From contig SVQK01000128.1 in the NCBI GenBank assembly GCA_015065385.1, positions 188 through 64,187 on the forward strand: a stretch of DNA of 64,000 nt, in the 5' to 3' direction. The position numbers and the translations under genes were made by a program. Origin of the DNA: Oscillospiraceae bacterium (lineage in GTDB: Bacteria; Bacillota; Clostridia; Oscillospirales; CAG-272). This document shows, piece by piece, positions 45,748 to 53,495 of this stretch; within the stretch, counting starts at the first letter, position 1, and each line of letters starts with the position of its first letter. Under the pieces are notes generated by a model. It was not told where the DNA came from. It saw nothing but the letters and a program-made list of their open reading frames with translations, and did no database searches.

Positions 45748-45776
45748 TTGACAAATCGACCTGCCTGTGGTATGAT
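45748..45776 (+). promoter_or_regulatory. Promoter of the tRNA Gly-Arg-His cluster
   Basis: TTGACA, a 17-nt spacer, then TATGAT, about 40 nt upstream of tRNA-Gly. Confidence 0.65.
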
Positions 45777-45815
45777 ATGTTCTGTTCGGGAGACGAAATC
45801 CAGTTCCGGACGGAT

Positions 45816-45886
45816 GCGAGTGTAGTTCAGTGGTAGAATTCCAGCCTTCCAAGCTGGTTATGTGGGTTCGATTCCCATCACTCGCT
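45816..45886 (+). tRNA. tRNA-Gly (anticodon TCC)
   Basis: GCGAGTG TA GTTC AGTGGTA GAAT T CCAGC CTTCCAA GCTGG TTAT GTGGG TTCGATT CCCAT CACTCGC T. Confidence 0.9.
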
Positions 45887-45890
45887 TGAT

Positions 45891-45967
45891 GTGCCTTTAG
45901 CTCAGCTGGATAGAGCAACTGCCTTCTAAGCAGTAGGTCGTGGGTTCGAGTCCCCCAAGGCACGCCA
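45891..45967 (+). tRNA. tRNA-Arg (anticodon TCT), CCA encoded
   Basis: GTGCCTT TA GCTC AGCTGGATA GAGC A ACTGC CTTCTAA GCAGT AGGTC GTGGG TTCGAGT CCCCC AAGGCAC G CCA. There is one T-stem mismatch. Confidence 0.85.
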
Positions 45968-46068
45968 TCGGCTTATGCCGAAACGGACGTGCCCGACTGA
46001 GGGACGTTCGTTCCTCCGCCGTGATCATCGCGGCGTTTTCATACGCTGTCTTTATGACAGCGGCTCAC

Positions 46069-46143
46069 GGTGGAATTAGCTCAGCTGGTTAGAGCGCCAG
46101 GTTGTGGCCCTGGAGGTCGTGGGTTCGAACCCCATATTTCACC
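46069..46143 (+). tRNA. tRNA-His (anticodon GTG) with G-1
   Basis: G GTGGAAT TA GCTC AGCTGGTTA GAGC G CCAGG TTGTGGC CCTGG AGGTC GTGGG TTCGAAC CCCAT ATTTCAC C. Confidence 0.9.
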
Positions 46144-46147
46144 CTCA

Positions 46148-46174
46148 CCGCACGATGGAACGTGCGGTTTTTTT
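46148..46174 (+). terminator. Intrinsic terminator of the tRNA cluster
   Basis: CCGCACG-atggaa-CGTGCGG followed by TTTTTTT. Confidence 0.8.
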
Positions 46175-46188
46175 GTGCCTTCGGCACA

Positions 46189-46583
46189 CTGATATAATAA
46201 CCCTTCTAAAGGGAAATAAAAACGAAACGCTGCGCGTTTCTGGAAATGGATGCCCTGCTCAGGGCGGGAGGCACGGGGGGACACCATCTCAGGCCGAAGT
46301 TTTCCCCCCGTGCGGGGGTTTCCTTGGCCATATGGCATAACCTAACCTTTCGTCCTTGAATCGAAAATCAATTATGTATCCCACTGTCCTCGCGCGAAGT
46401 TTCGCCTTTGGCGAACTTCAGAAATTCGCCTTTGGCGAACTTTCAGCGGTCCGCGTTTGTGCAGTTGGAGGTCGAAGAGCTTCAGTCGCGCATTGGGCAT
46501 TGGGAACATAGTTGGTTAGTGCAGACAAAACTTGTCAGAGCAGTTCTGTGTACGACCAGATTGTTTTGAAGCGAAACAGTATG
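46189..46583 (-). repeat. Structured intergenic repeat, copy B (395 nt, inverted relative to copy A)
   Basis: Its reverse complement aligns with 22603-22946 from CATACTGTTTCGCTTC to CCTTTAGAAGGG..TAT.A. It carries a 50-nt insertion and one divergent ~45-nt segment. Confidence 0.7.
46401..46441. repeat. Tandem duplicated 17-nt hairpin unit inside copy B
   Basis: ttcgcctttggcgaact occurs at 46401-46417 and 46425-46441. Each unit is a TTCGCC-TTT-GGCGAA hairpin. Both are absent from copy A. Confidence 0.75.
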
Positions 46584-46616
46584 AAAAAAGCGCAGACCTC
46601 GTTCGGAAGCCTGCGC
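46584..46616 (-). terminator. Intrinsic terminator of the barnase-barstar operon
   Basis: The minus strand reads GCGCAGgcttccgaacgaggtCTGCGC followed by TTTTTT. It abuts the 5' end of repeat copy B. Confidence 0.7.
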
Positions 46617-46634
46617 GGCTGGGGGTGAGTCCGG

Positions 46635-46913
46635 TCACCGGAACACCACGGTAAAGCGGTCATCCTCGCGCTCCACGTCCCGCAGCATGTGGCGCAGTCC
46701 CACGGCATACTCGCCGAGGCCAGCACGAAGCGCGTCGAAGTTTTCGATCTCGATCGTCAGGGGAGCGGCGGGAAGGAGTTCGTGAAGCAGTACGTCGTGG
46801 AGCGCGTCCAGATTCCGTCCGAAATAGTCGGGCAGATCCATGTGGGATTCCAGCGCGTCGTACAGCTCGCGGCGGCTTGCGATGGACGCTCCGTCAAGGA
46901 TCACATATTTCAT
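46635..46913 (-). CDS. Barstar family ribonuclease inhibitor
   Basis: Start refined to MKYVILDGASIASRRELYDALESHMDLPDYFGRNLDALHDVL. It starts 1 nt after the barnase-like stop. Confidence 0.85.
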   Translation of the reverse strand: MKYVILDGASIASRRELYDALESHMDLPDYFGRNLDALHDVLLHELLPAAPLTIEIENFDALRAGLGEYAVGLRHMLRDVEREDDRFTVVFR

Positions 46914-46914
46914 G

Positions 46915-47712
46915 TCATTCCTCCCCGTAAAGAAGCTCAAAGGTTTCGTAGTGATCCCCGGTGTAGTAAATCAGGCCGTCGTTAGAGTATACGATCCGTT
47001 TCGCTCCCCGGGAGGATTTGCCGAGGGTCCCGATGTCGCACTCGTGGTATTCCCTGCCCTTCTTCTTCGGAAGGACCCCCTCGTAGTTTCCGAAATAGGA
47101 TCCGCCGATGCACTTTCCGGGCGCGTACCGTTCGAGGGATCCGCCCGTCCAGCCGAGCTTCTCCGCCTCTTTCTTCGAAATGTAGTTGGGCGGGAGCTTT
47201 CCGTAGGTGTGGATGTACAGTGCGACGTTTTCTTTGTCGTCGTAGGATCCGTTCTCGTCGATGGCCGGTTCGGGTTCCGGCTCCGGTTGAGGTTGAGGCT
47301 CGGGCTCCGGTTCAGGCTCTGCGGCGGGCTCCGGTTCGGGCACAGGCTCCGGTTCGGGCTCGGGCGTGACCTCCGGGGCGGGGGCGGGATCGTCGGCAGG
47401 TTCGGCCGCTTCGGCAGGCTCGTCCTGTCCCTCCGCTTCGGTGGCTGCGGGCTGCTCCGGCTGTTCCGGCTGCTCCGGCTGAACTGCCTGCTCCGGTTGT
47501 TCCGCTTGCTCCGGTTCCTCCGGATCGTTCAGCGTGAGTCCGCCGTCGCCGTAATCCTTCGAGGAGTTGTCCGCCGATCCGTTGTCCGCCAGTTCCAGAG
47601 CGAGATCCAGTATTTCGCCGACCGCCGATTCGCTGCATCCGGTCAGAACGCCGGAAAACAGCACGGCCAGCGTCAGCAGCGCAAGCAGTCCCGCCGCGGT
47701 TCTCTTCCACAT
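46915..47712 (-). CDS. Secreted lipoprotein ribonuclease (barnase/N1-T1 family) with a Pro/Glu-rich linker
   Basis: Lipobox LTGC and a linker rich in PEQ/PEPEP. The C-terminal domain reads YIHTYGKLPPNYISKKEAEKLGW...YHECDIG...RGAKRIVYSNDGLIYYTGDHYETF. Confidence 0.85.
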   Translation of the reverse strand: MWKRTAAGLLALLTLAVLFSGVLTGCSESAVGEILDLALELADNGSADNSSKDYGDGGLTLNDPEEPEQAEQPEQAVQPEQPEQPEQPAATEAEGQDEPAEAAEPADDPAPAPEVTPEPEPEPVPEPEPAAEPEPEPEPQPQPEPEPEPAIDENGSYDDKENVALYIHTYGKLPPNYISKKEAEKLGWTGGSLERYAPGKCIGGSYFGNYEGVLPKKKGREYHECDIGTLGKSSRGAKRIVYSNDGLIYYTGDHYETFELLYGEE

Positions 47713-47765
47713 AGGTTTCGTCCCCTTCCTTTCCCGTTATCGTTCCGTTTCTCCGAGGCGGGCGG

Positions 47766-48491
47766 TCACTCCAGCGGTTCCAGTATGACTTCCGCTTCGG
47801 CGTTCGTCTGTCCGTTCTCCCGGACCGACCGCAGATAGTACACGTCGTCCGCCGCGCCCGCGTAATACTTGATGCTCTCTCCGAGGGGAGCCTCCGACAG
47901 GAACGCGATCCCCATCGAAATCACGCGCTGTCCCTTCATCTCCGTTCCCAGATAGGAGCAGAGGACGTCGGGATAGCGGGTGTTGTTCATATGCCCGTTC
48001 ATGTCCACGTCGGCGTATTCCACCGCGCGCTCGCCGTTCAGCACAAGTCCGGCCTCCTCCGGGATCCGGAAGCGGGAGGGCAGATCCAGCTCGATCATCT
48101 CATCCTGCCCGTACCGGAAATCGAACTCCGTCACGCGGTGGAGCTTATGGTCGTGCAGTCCCACCAGCGCCCAGACGGAGACGCCCTCCGCCACGATCAC
48201 GCCGTCCCGGAGCACCCGGTAGCAGCGGTTGAACTGCGCGCCCCTCGATTCGCAGGCCCACGACTGGGTCGTGATGAGGTCGTGCGTGTGAAGCGGCGCG
48301 TAGGAGCTGATCCTGATCCGGCTGAGGACAAAGGACAGCCCCTGCTCCATAAGGGAGTCGTAGGACGGGCCGTCCGCCTCCATCTGGCTGGTCGCCGCGT
48401 CCTGCATGTACTTGAGGAGGTTCGATACGGATACGATGTTGTTCTGATCCACCTCGTTGGCGTTCACCCGGTATTCCCCGGACCATTTCAT
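47766..48491 (-). CDS. Acyl-ACP thioesterase
   Basis: 241 aa with tandem hotdog-fold halves (YRVNANEVDQNN..., VDMNGHMNNTRY). Confidence 0.8.
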   Translation of the reverse strand: MKWSGEYRVNANEVDQNNIVSVSNLLKYMQDAATSQMEADGPSYDSLMEQGLSFVLSRIRISSYAPLHTHDLITTQSWACESRGAQFNRCYRVLRDGVIVAEGVSVWALVGLHDHKLHRVTEFDFRYGQDEMIELDLPSRFRIPEEAGLVLNGERAVEYADVDMNGHMNNTRYPDVLCSYLGTEMKGQRVISMGIAFLSEAPLGESIKYYAGAADDVYYLRSVRENGQTNAEAEVILEPLE

Positions 48492-48532
48492 GTGCTGTAT
48501 TCTCCTGCCGCGCGGGCCGCGATGTTCAAAGC

Positions 48533-48559
48533 GGGGAGGAACCGTTTGAGTTCCTCCCC
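48533..48559 (-). terminator. Hairpin terminator after fba (weak T-tract)
   Basis: GGGGAGGAAC-(loop)-GTTCCTCCCC, a 10-bp stem, followed on the minus strand by gcTTTgaac. Confidence 0.45.
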
Positions 48560-48579
48560 ATGGTTTCGTCTATTCCGGA

Positions 48580-49545
48580 TCAGAGGGTGTTCGCGCTGCC
48601 GAGGACGTCGTGGATCTTGTGGGAGACCATCTTCTTGACCTCGGAGCGGGCGACGGAGAGATAGACTCTCGGGTCAAACGCCTCCGGCTGCTCGTTGAAC
48701 ACGCGGCGGATACCGGCGGTCATGGCGAGGCGGATGTCGGAGTCGATGTTGATCTTGCAGACCGCGAGGGTGGCGGCCTTTCTCAGCTGCTCCTCCGGGA
48801 TGCCGACCGCGTCCGGGAGCTTTCCGCCGAGGGCGTTGATTTCCTTGACGTATTCCTGCGGAACGGAGGACGCGCCGTGGAGAACGATCGGGAATCCGGG
48901 CAGTCTCTTCGCCACTTCCTCGAGAATGTCGAAGCGGAGCGGCGGGGGAACGAGGATGCCGTCGGCGTTTCTGGTGCACTGAGCGGCGGTGAACTTGTAC
49001 GCGCCGTGGCTGGTGCCGATGGCGATGGCGAGGGAGTCAACGCCCGTGCGGGACACGAATTCCTCGACTTCCTCGGGACGGGTGTAGGAGCTGTCCTCGG
49101 CGGAGACTTTCACTTCGTCCTCGACGCCGGCCAGTCTGCCGAGCTCGCCTTCCACAACGACGCCGTGCGCGTGGGCGTATTCCACGACCTTCTTCGTGAC
49201 GGCGATGTTGTCCTCGAAGCTGTGGTGGGAGCCGTCGATCATGACGGAGGTGAACCCGCCGTCGATGCAGGCCTTGCAGATCTCAAAATCCGCGCCGTGG
49301 TCCAGATGAAGCGCGAGGTCGATGCCGCTGTCCTCGATGGCGGCCTTGGCGAGTGCCATCAGATACGCCTGCTTCGCGTACTTTCTCGCGCCGGCGGAAA
49401 CCTGAAGGATCACCGGGGAATTCGCCTCTCCGGCAGCCTCCGCGATGGCCTGGATGATTTCCATGTTGTTGATGTTGAACGCGCCGATCGCGTAATGGCC
49501 TTCATAGGCCTTTTTGAACATTTCGGTTGTGGTGACGAGTGCCAT
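48580..49545 (-). CDS. fba: Class II fructose-1,6-bisphosphate aldolase
   Basis: Start refined to MALVTTTEMFKKAYEGHYAIGAFNINN (RBS AGGAG). Motifs LHLDHG and SHGAYKF. Confidence 0.9.
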   Translation of the reverse strand: MALVTTTEMFKKAYEGHYAIGAFNINNMEIIQAIAEAAGEANSPVILQVSAGARKYAKQAYLMALAKAAIEDSGIDLALHLDHGADFEICKACIDGGFTSVMIDGSHHSFEDNIAVTKKVVEYAHAHGVVVEGELGRLAGVEDEVKVSAEDSSYTRPEEVEEFVSRTGVDSLAIAIGTSHGAYKFTAAQCTRNADGILVPPPLRFDILEEVAKRLPGFPIVLHGASSVPQEYVKEINALGGKLPDAVGIPEEQLRKAATLAVCKINIDSDIRLAMTAGIRRVFNEQPEAFDPRVYLSVARSEVKKMVSHKIHDVLGSANTL

Positions 49546-49592
49546 AGGTATCTCCTGTCTCAATAAAATAAGGGCTCTTTGCTAACCGGTTT

Positions 49593-49621
49593 ATTGTACC
49601 GCATACAGCGGGAAAAATCAA
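49593..49621 (-). promoter_or_regulatory. Promoter of fba
   Basis: The minus strand reads TTGATT, a 17-nt spacer, then TACAAT. Confidence 0.55.
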
Positions 49622-49679
49622 GTTCTTTCCGCAAAATAACCTGTTAATTCTTTTTCAGCCCCCAAAAACTGCTCCGGAC

Positions 49680-50672
49680 TCAGAAGGCGAACTGGAACAC
49701 GCAGAACGCCGCGTATACCGCGAGAAGCAGGATCCCCTGCCACCGCGCCATTTTCCCGCGGATCAGGGCGGGGACGGTCAGGATCAGCATTACGCCGAGC
49801 ATGACGGGGGCGTCGATGACGAGCGAGGCGTTGATCCCGGCCACGGTCTTTCCGGCGGGCAGGGCGAAGGGGCTCAGGGTGACGGCCATGCCGCTGACCA
49901 GCACCAGATTGAAGAGGTTCGCGCCGACGATGTTCCCCAGGGAGAGGGCGCCGTGCCCCTTGGCCAGGGAGGTGATGGCGGTGACCAGCTCCGGGAGGGA
50001 CGTACCGAGCGCGACGAAGGTCAGGGCGATGACGGATTCCGGGACGCCCATCTTCTCCGCGATGATCGTGCCGTTGTCCACGAGCAGGTCCGCGCCGACC
50101 GCGATGAACGCCGCGCCGACGACAAGCAGGAGGATCTCCATCCAGAGGGGCTTTTTCCGGGCAGGCTCGATCTCCCCGCTTTCCGCGGAATCTGCGGAGT
50201 CTTCGGAGGGCAGATTTCTCCCCGAGAGGCCCTGACGGACGGTGACGATCATGTACGCGAGGAAGACGAGGAGCAGAACGATGCCGGACCAGCGGTCAAA
50301 CCGTCCGAAGGCGTAGGCGTTGAAGAGATAGAATACCGCGGACGCGAAGAAGAAGGCCACGGGCAGCCTGAGGGATTTCCGGTCCACCTTGCCCGGTTTC
50401 ACGGCGACGGTCAGCGCGGCGATCAGGGCGGTGTTGCAGATCACGGAGCCGATGGCGTTTCCGTAGGCGATCCCGCCCGCGCCCTTCACGGCGGAAGCCG
50501 AGGAGACCATGACCTCCGGCAGGGTGGTGCCGATGGAGACGACGGTCGCCCCGACGAGGATCTCCGGAATGTGGAACCGGCGGGCGATCCCCGTGGCTCC
50601 GTCCACGAACCAGTCCCCTCCCTTGATCAGGAGCAGAAGGCCCAAAAGAAACAGCAGTACCGGTACGAGCAT
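49680..50672 (-). CDS. CaCA family sodium/calcium antiporter (YrbG-like)
   Basis: 330 aa, about 10 TM segments. It has two alpha-repeats (GTTLPEV and GTSLPEL). Confidence 0.85.
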   Translation of the reverse strand: MLVPVLLFLLGLLLLIKGGDWFVDGATGIARRFHIPEILVGATVVSIGTTLPEVMVSSASAVKGAGGIAYGNAIGSVICNTALIAALTVAVKPGKVDRKSLRLPVAFFFASAVFYLFNAYAFGRFDRWSGIVLLLVFLAYMIVTVRQGLSGRNLPSEDSADSAESGEIEPARKKPLWMEILLLVVGAAFIAVGADLLVDNGTIIAEKMGVPESVIALTFVALGTSLPELVTAITSLAKGHGALSLGNIVGANLFNLVLVSGMAVTLSPFALPAGKTVAGINASLVIDAPVMLGVMLILTVPALIRGKMARWQGILLLAVYAAFCVFQFAF

Positions 50673-50727
50673 GATTTTGATTCACTCCTTGCGTTTGTTT
50701 TTCCTGTATGGATGTTCGTCCGCCGCG

Positions 50728-51324
50728 TCAGAGCAGCGATTTGACGAAGATTTCGATCCCGATGGCGATGAGGATGCAGCCGCCGAGCACGGACGCGCGT
50801 CCGGAGAGCTTTGTCCCGAACACTCTCCCGAGCCGTACCCCGCCCGAGCAGAGCGCGAAGGTCACGGCGGCGATGATGAGGGAGGCGGTCAGAGCGGCTT
50901 TCCAGTCGTAAGCGGAGATGGTGAACCCGACGGAGAGCGCGTCGATGGAGGTCGCCACGCCCTGCCAGAAGAGCGTCCCCCCGGACCGGCGGTTTCCTTC
51001 CTCTGTCGGCTTTTCCCCTTCCGGGCCGCCGCGGATCCCTTCGAAGAGCATCTTTCCGCCGATCCAGCAGAGCAGGATAAGCGCGATCCACGGGATGAAG
51101 GGCTCGATGCTGCGGAACAGCTCGACCGCGCTCCGGACGAGAAACCACCCGATCATGGGCATGAGAAACTGAAATCCCGCGTAAACGCCTGCGATCCCGG
51201 CCATTCTCGACCGCTTCATATCCGGTTCGGCCAGCCCGTCGGCCAGCGACACGGAGAAGGCGTCCATCGCCAGACCTACCCCCAAAAGCGCGCTGTTCAG
51301 CAAAAACAACAGATTCAGAGCCAT
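50728..51324 (-). CDS. mntP: Manganese efflux pump MntP
   Basis: MALNLLFLLNSALLGVGLAMDAFSVSLADGL with a duplicated DUF204-type half (SIDALSVGF). It lies downstream of a yybP-ykoY element. Confidence 0.85.
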   Translation of the reverse strand: MALNLLFLLNSALLGVGLAMDAFSVSLADGLAEPDMKRSRMAGIAGVYAGFQFLMPMIGWFLVRSAVELFRSIEPFIPWIALILLCWIGGKMLFEGIRGGPEGEKPTEEGNRRSGGTLFWQGVATSIDALSVGFTISAYDWKAALTASLIIAAVTFALCSGGVRLGRVFGTKLSGRASVLGGCILIAIGIEIFVKSLL

Positions 51325-51544
51325 CGTTCATCTTCCCCCCGAGAGAGATTCGTTCCCCTGCATTGTATCCGCCCGGCCCCTTCCTCATGCGGTCCGCGGA
51401 ACGGAGGCATGAAAAAAGACCGCGGTGCGATGCCATCGGTCACAAAGTCCGGATGATGCCGGGGGCGCGTCTCCCTCTCCCCGATCCGAACAAAAACGGA
51501 GCGGAGCGGGAACGGAACGCGGGACACAGGACGGGATCTGCCGC

Positions 51545-51640
51545 CATGAGTCTCGCAAATTAAAGCAAGCCAGACGCCAATCGCGCCGGGACTGTTGACT
51601 TGCTGCGCGAAAACCTCCGCGCTTGCTACTCCCCCAATGC
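51545..51640 (-). promoter_or_regulatory. yybP-ykoY manganese riboswitch
   Basis: The minus strand reads GGGGAGTAGC AAGCGCG..CGCGC AGCAAG TCAACAG (hairpin) CTTGCT TTAATTTGCGAGAC. This gives the conserved L1 GGGGAGUAG and L3 UUUGC.AGAC with the four-helix layout, directly after a promoter and upstream of mntP. Confidence 0.75.
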
Positions 51641-51646
51641 GAGCCT

Positions 51647-51675
51647 ATTATACCATGAAGCGGGGATTTTGTCAA
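51647..51675 (-). promoter_or_regulatory. Promoter of the riboswitch-mntP unit
   Basis: The minus strand reads TTGACA, a 17-nt spacer, then TATAAT. Confidence 0.65.
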
Positions 51676-51747
51676 GAAAAACCGCAAAAATCGCCTTTTA
51701 GGAACGAACCGGATCCCGCAATCTTTCCCCGCTCCCATCCAAACGCA

Positions 51748-51776
51748 TTGACATCCCGCCCGTTTTCTGCTACAAT
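51748..51776 (+). promoter_or_regulatory. Promoter of birA
   Basis: TTGACA, a 17-nt spacer, then TACAAT. Confidence 0.6.
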
Positions 51777-51819
51777 ATGCTCCAAAGAAAACCGTCGTCT
51801 GCTGGAGGTGAAGCGTTCG

Positions 51820-52611
51820 ATGCTCGACGGGGAACTGCTCAGGCGGCGTCTTGCGGAACGGGGGCTCTCCCTCGCATGCTTCGCCCCGCCCGAAACCGGA
51901 TCTACCAACAACGACGCGAAGGAATACGCGAAAACCGCTCCGAAGGAACCCGTTCTCTTCGCAGCTGACCGGCAGACCGCAGGGCGCGGACGGCAGGGAA
52001 AAACCTTCGTCTCGCCTCCGGGAGGACTCTATATGTCCCTCCTCCTGACGACGGAACTTCCCACCGAGGGAGCCGTCGGCGTGACCGGATGCGCCGCCGT
52101 CGCCGCCTGCCGGGCCGTTGAGGAGTGCGCCGCCGTCCCCGCCCGGATCAAATGGGTCAATGACATCCTCGTGCCGATCCCGTCCTCCGGCCGATGGGGA
52201 AAGGCCGCCGGGATCCTCTGCGAGCGGGTTGAGACCGAGTCGGGGAGCGCGCTTGTGATCGGCATCGGGCTCAACGTCGGATCGGCTCCGAAGGTGGAGG
52301 GCGCGAACTTTCCCCCCGCCGCCCTTGCCCGCCCTGATCATCCCGTGGAGCCGGAGCTGCTCTGCGCCTGCCTGACGGAACGCTTTCTCTCCTTCGCGCG
52401 GGACGGATTCCGGTTCTCCCGCGCCGTCCGGGAATACCGCGAGCGCAGCGTCGTTCTGGGGCAGCAGATCGTCTTTGTCCGAGACGGGATCTCCCGCACC
52501 GGCACCGTCCGCGCGATCGACGACGACGGATCCCTGCTCGCGGACACTCCGGAGGGCCCCGTCCGTCTGGACAGCGGCGAAATCAGCGTCCGGCTCTCCC
52601 CGCGGGCATGA
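51820..52611 (+). CDS. birA: Biotin--[acetyl-CoA-carboxylase] ligase, group I (no N-terminal HTH)
   Basis: Start refined to MLDGELLRRR (RBS GGAGG). Motifs TGSTNNDA, QTAGRGRQGKTF, KWVNDIL. Confidence 0.85.
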   Translation: MLDGELLRRRLAERGLSLACFAPPETGSTNNDAKEYAKTAPKEPVLFAADRQTAGRGRQGKTFVSPPGGLYMSLLLTTELPTEGAVGVTGCAAVAACRAVEECAAVPARIKWVNDILVPIPSSGRWGKAAGILCERVETESGSALVIGIGLNVGSAPKVEGANFPPAALARPDHPVEPELLCACLTERFLSFARDGFRFSRAVREYRERSVVLGQQIVFVRDGISRTGTVRAIDDDGSLLADTPEGPVRLDSGEISVRLSPRA

Positions 52612-52676
52612 CGTCGCGTTTCCCGTTTCATTTTAACGTTTTCAGGTATTCTATACTATAAGAATCGAGGCATACC

Positions 52677-53441
52677 ATGGCTGAACTCATCGATCAGAAG
52701 ACGCTTGCCTACATCAATATGTACGGCGTGCTGGGCGGACTGGTCTCGCTCTGCGACAACGTCCCCGAAGCCCGGAAGATCCTCGGGCAGAGCGGCTGCT
52801 CCATCGGCTTTGCCGTGAAGGACGGGCCGAAAGCGACCCTGACCTTCATCGGAGGACGCTGTCTCATCAAAGAGGGCGTGGAGGACTGCGAGATCCGCCT
52901 GCCCTTCTCCTCTCCGGCTAAATTCAACGGCATGATCAACGGCACCGTCACGCCCGTCCCCACGAAGGGCATCACCCACCTGCCCTTTCTGCTCGGCAAA
53001 TTCAAAAAGCTGACAAACCTTCTCGAAACCTACCTCCGCCCGACGGACGAGGCGATGAAGGACGAGGAATTCTACCGGGCCAGCACCGCGGTCATGTTCC
53101 GCGTGATCGTCAACGCCGTCGCGCAGATCGCCAATCACGACAAAATCGGGCAGTTCTCCGCCTCGAACATCGTGGACGGCGCGATCCTCATGGAAATCAA
53201 GGATTTCCAGAAGGCGGTCCTCATTGCGAAGGACGGACGGCTCGCGTTCAGCCAGAAGGTTCCGAAGACCGTCATGTCCTATATGCAGTTCGCCGACGTG
53301 AAGACCGCGCGGGATCTCTTCGACGGAAAGATCAACAGCGTCGCGGCAGTCGGGACCGGAGCCGTGCGCATCGGCGGCATGATCTCCCAGATCGACAACG
53401 TCAACCGCATCCTCTCCCGGGTCGAGCTCTATCTGAGATGA
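52677..53441 (+). CDS. Hypothetical protein; C-terminal region loosely SCP2-like
   Basis: 254 aa, soluble. C-terminal TARDLFDGKINSVAAVGTGAVRIGGMISQIDNV. The assignment is weak. Confidence 0.5.
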   Translation: MAELIDQKTLAYINMYGVLGGLVSLCDNVPEARKILGQSGCSIGFAVKDGPKATLTFIGGRCLIKEGVEDCEIRLPFSSPAKFNGMINGTVTPVPTKGITHLPFLLGKFKKLTNLLETYLRPTDEAMKDEEFYRASTAVMFRVIVNAVAQIANHDKIGQFSASNIVDGAILMEIKDFQKAVLIAKDGRLAFSQKVPKTVMSYMQFADVKTARDLFDGKINSVAAVGTGAVRIGGMISQIDNVNRILSRVELYLR

Positions 53442-53495
53442 GCGCGGATCCCTCTATTCACCATCCTCATGGAAACTGATCGGAGGCTAACCAGA

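Noticed and set aside
51315-51527. A small ORF (70 aa) in the mntP leader.
   Set aside because: It has no RBS and an Arg/Pro-rich translation. It overlaps terminator-like hairpins of the riboswitch expression platform.
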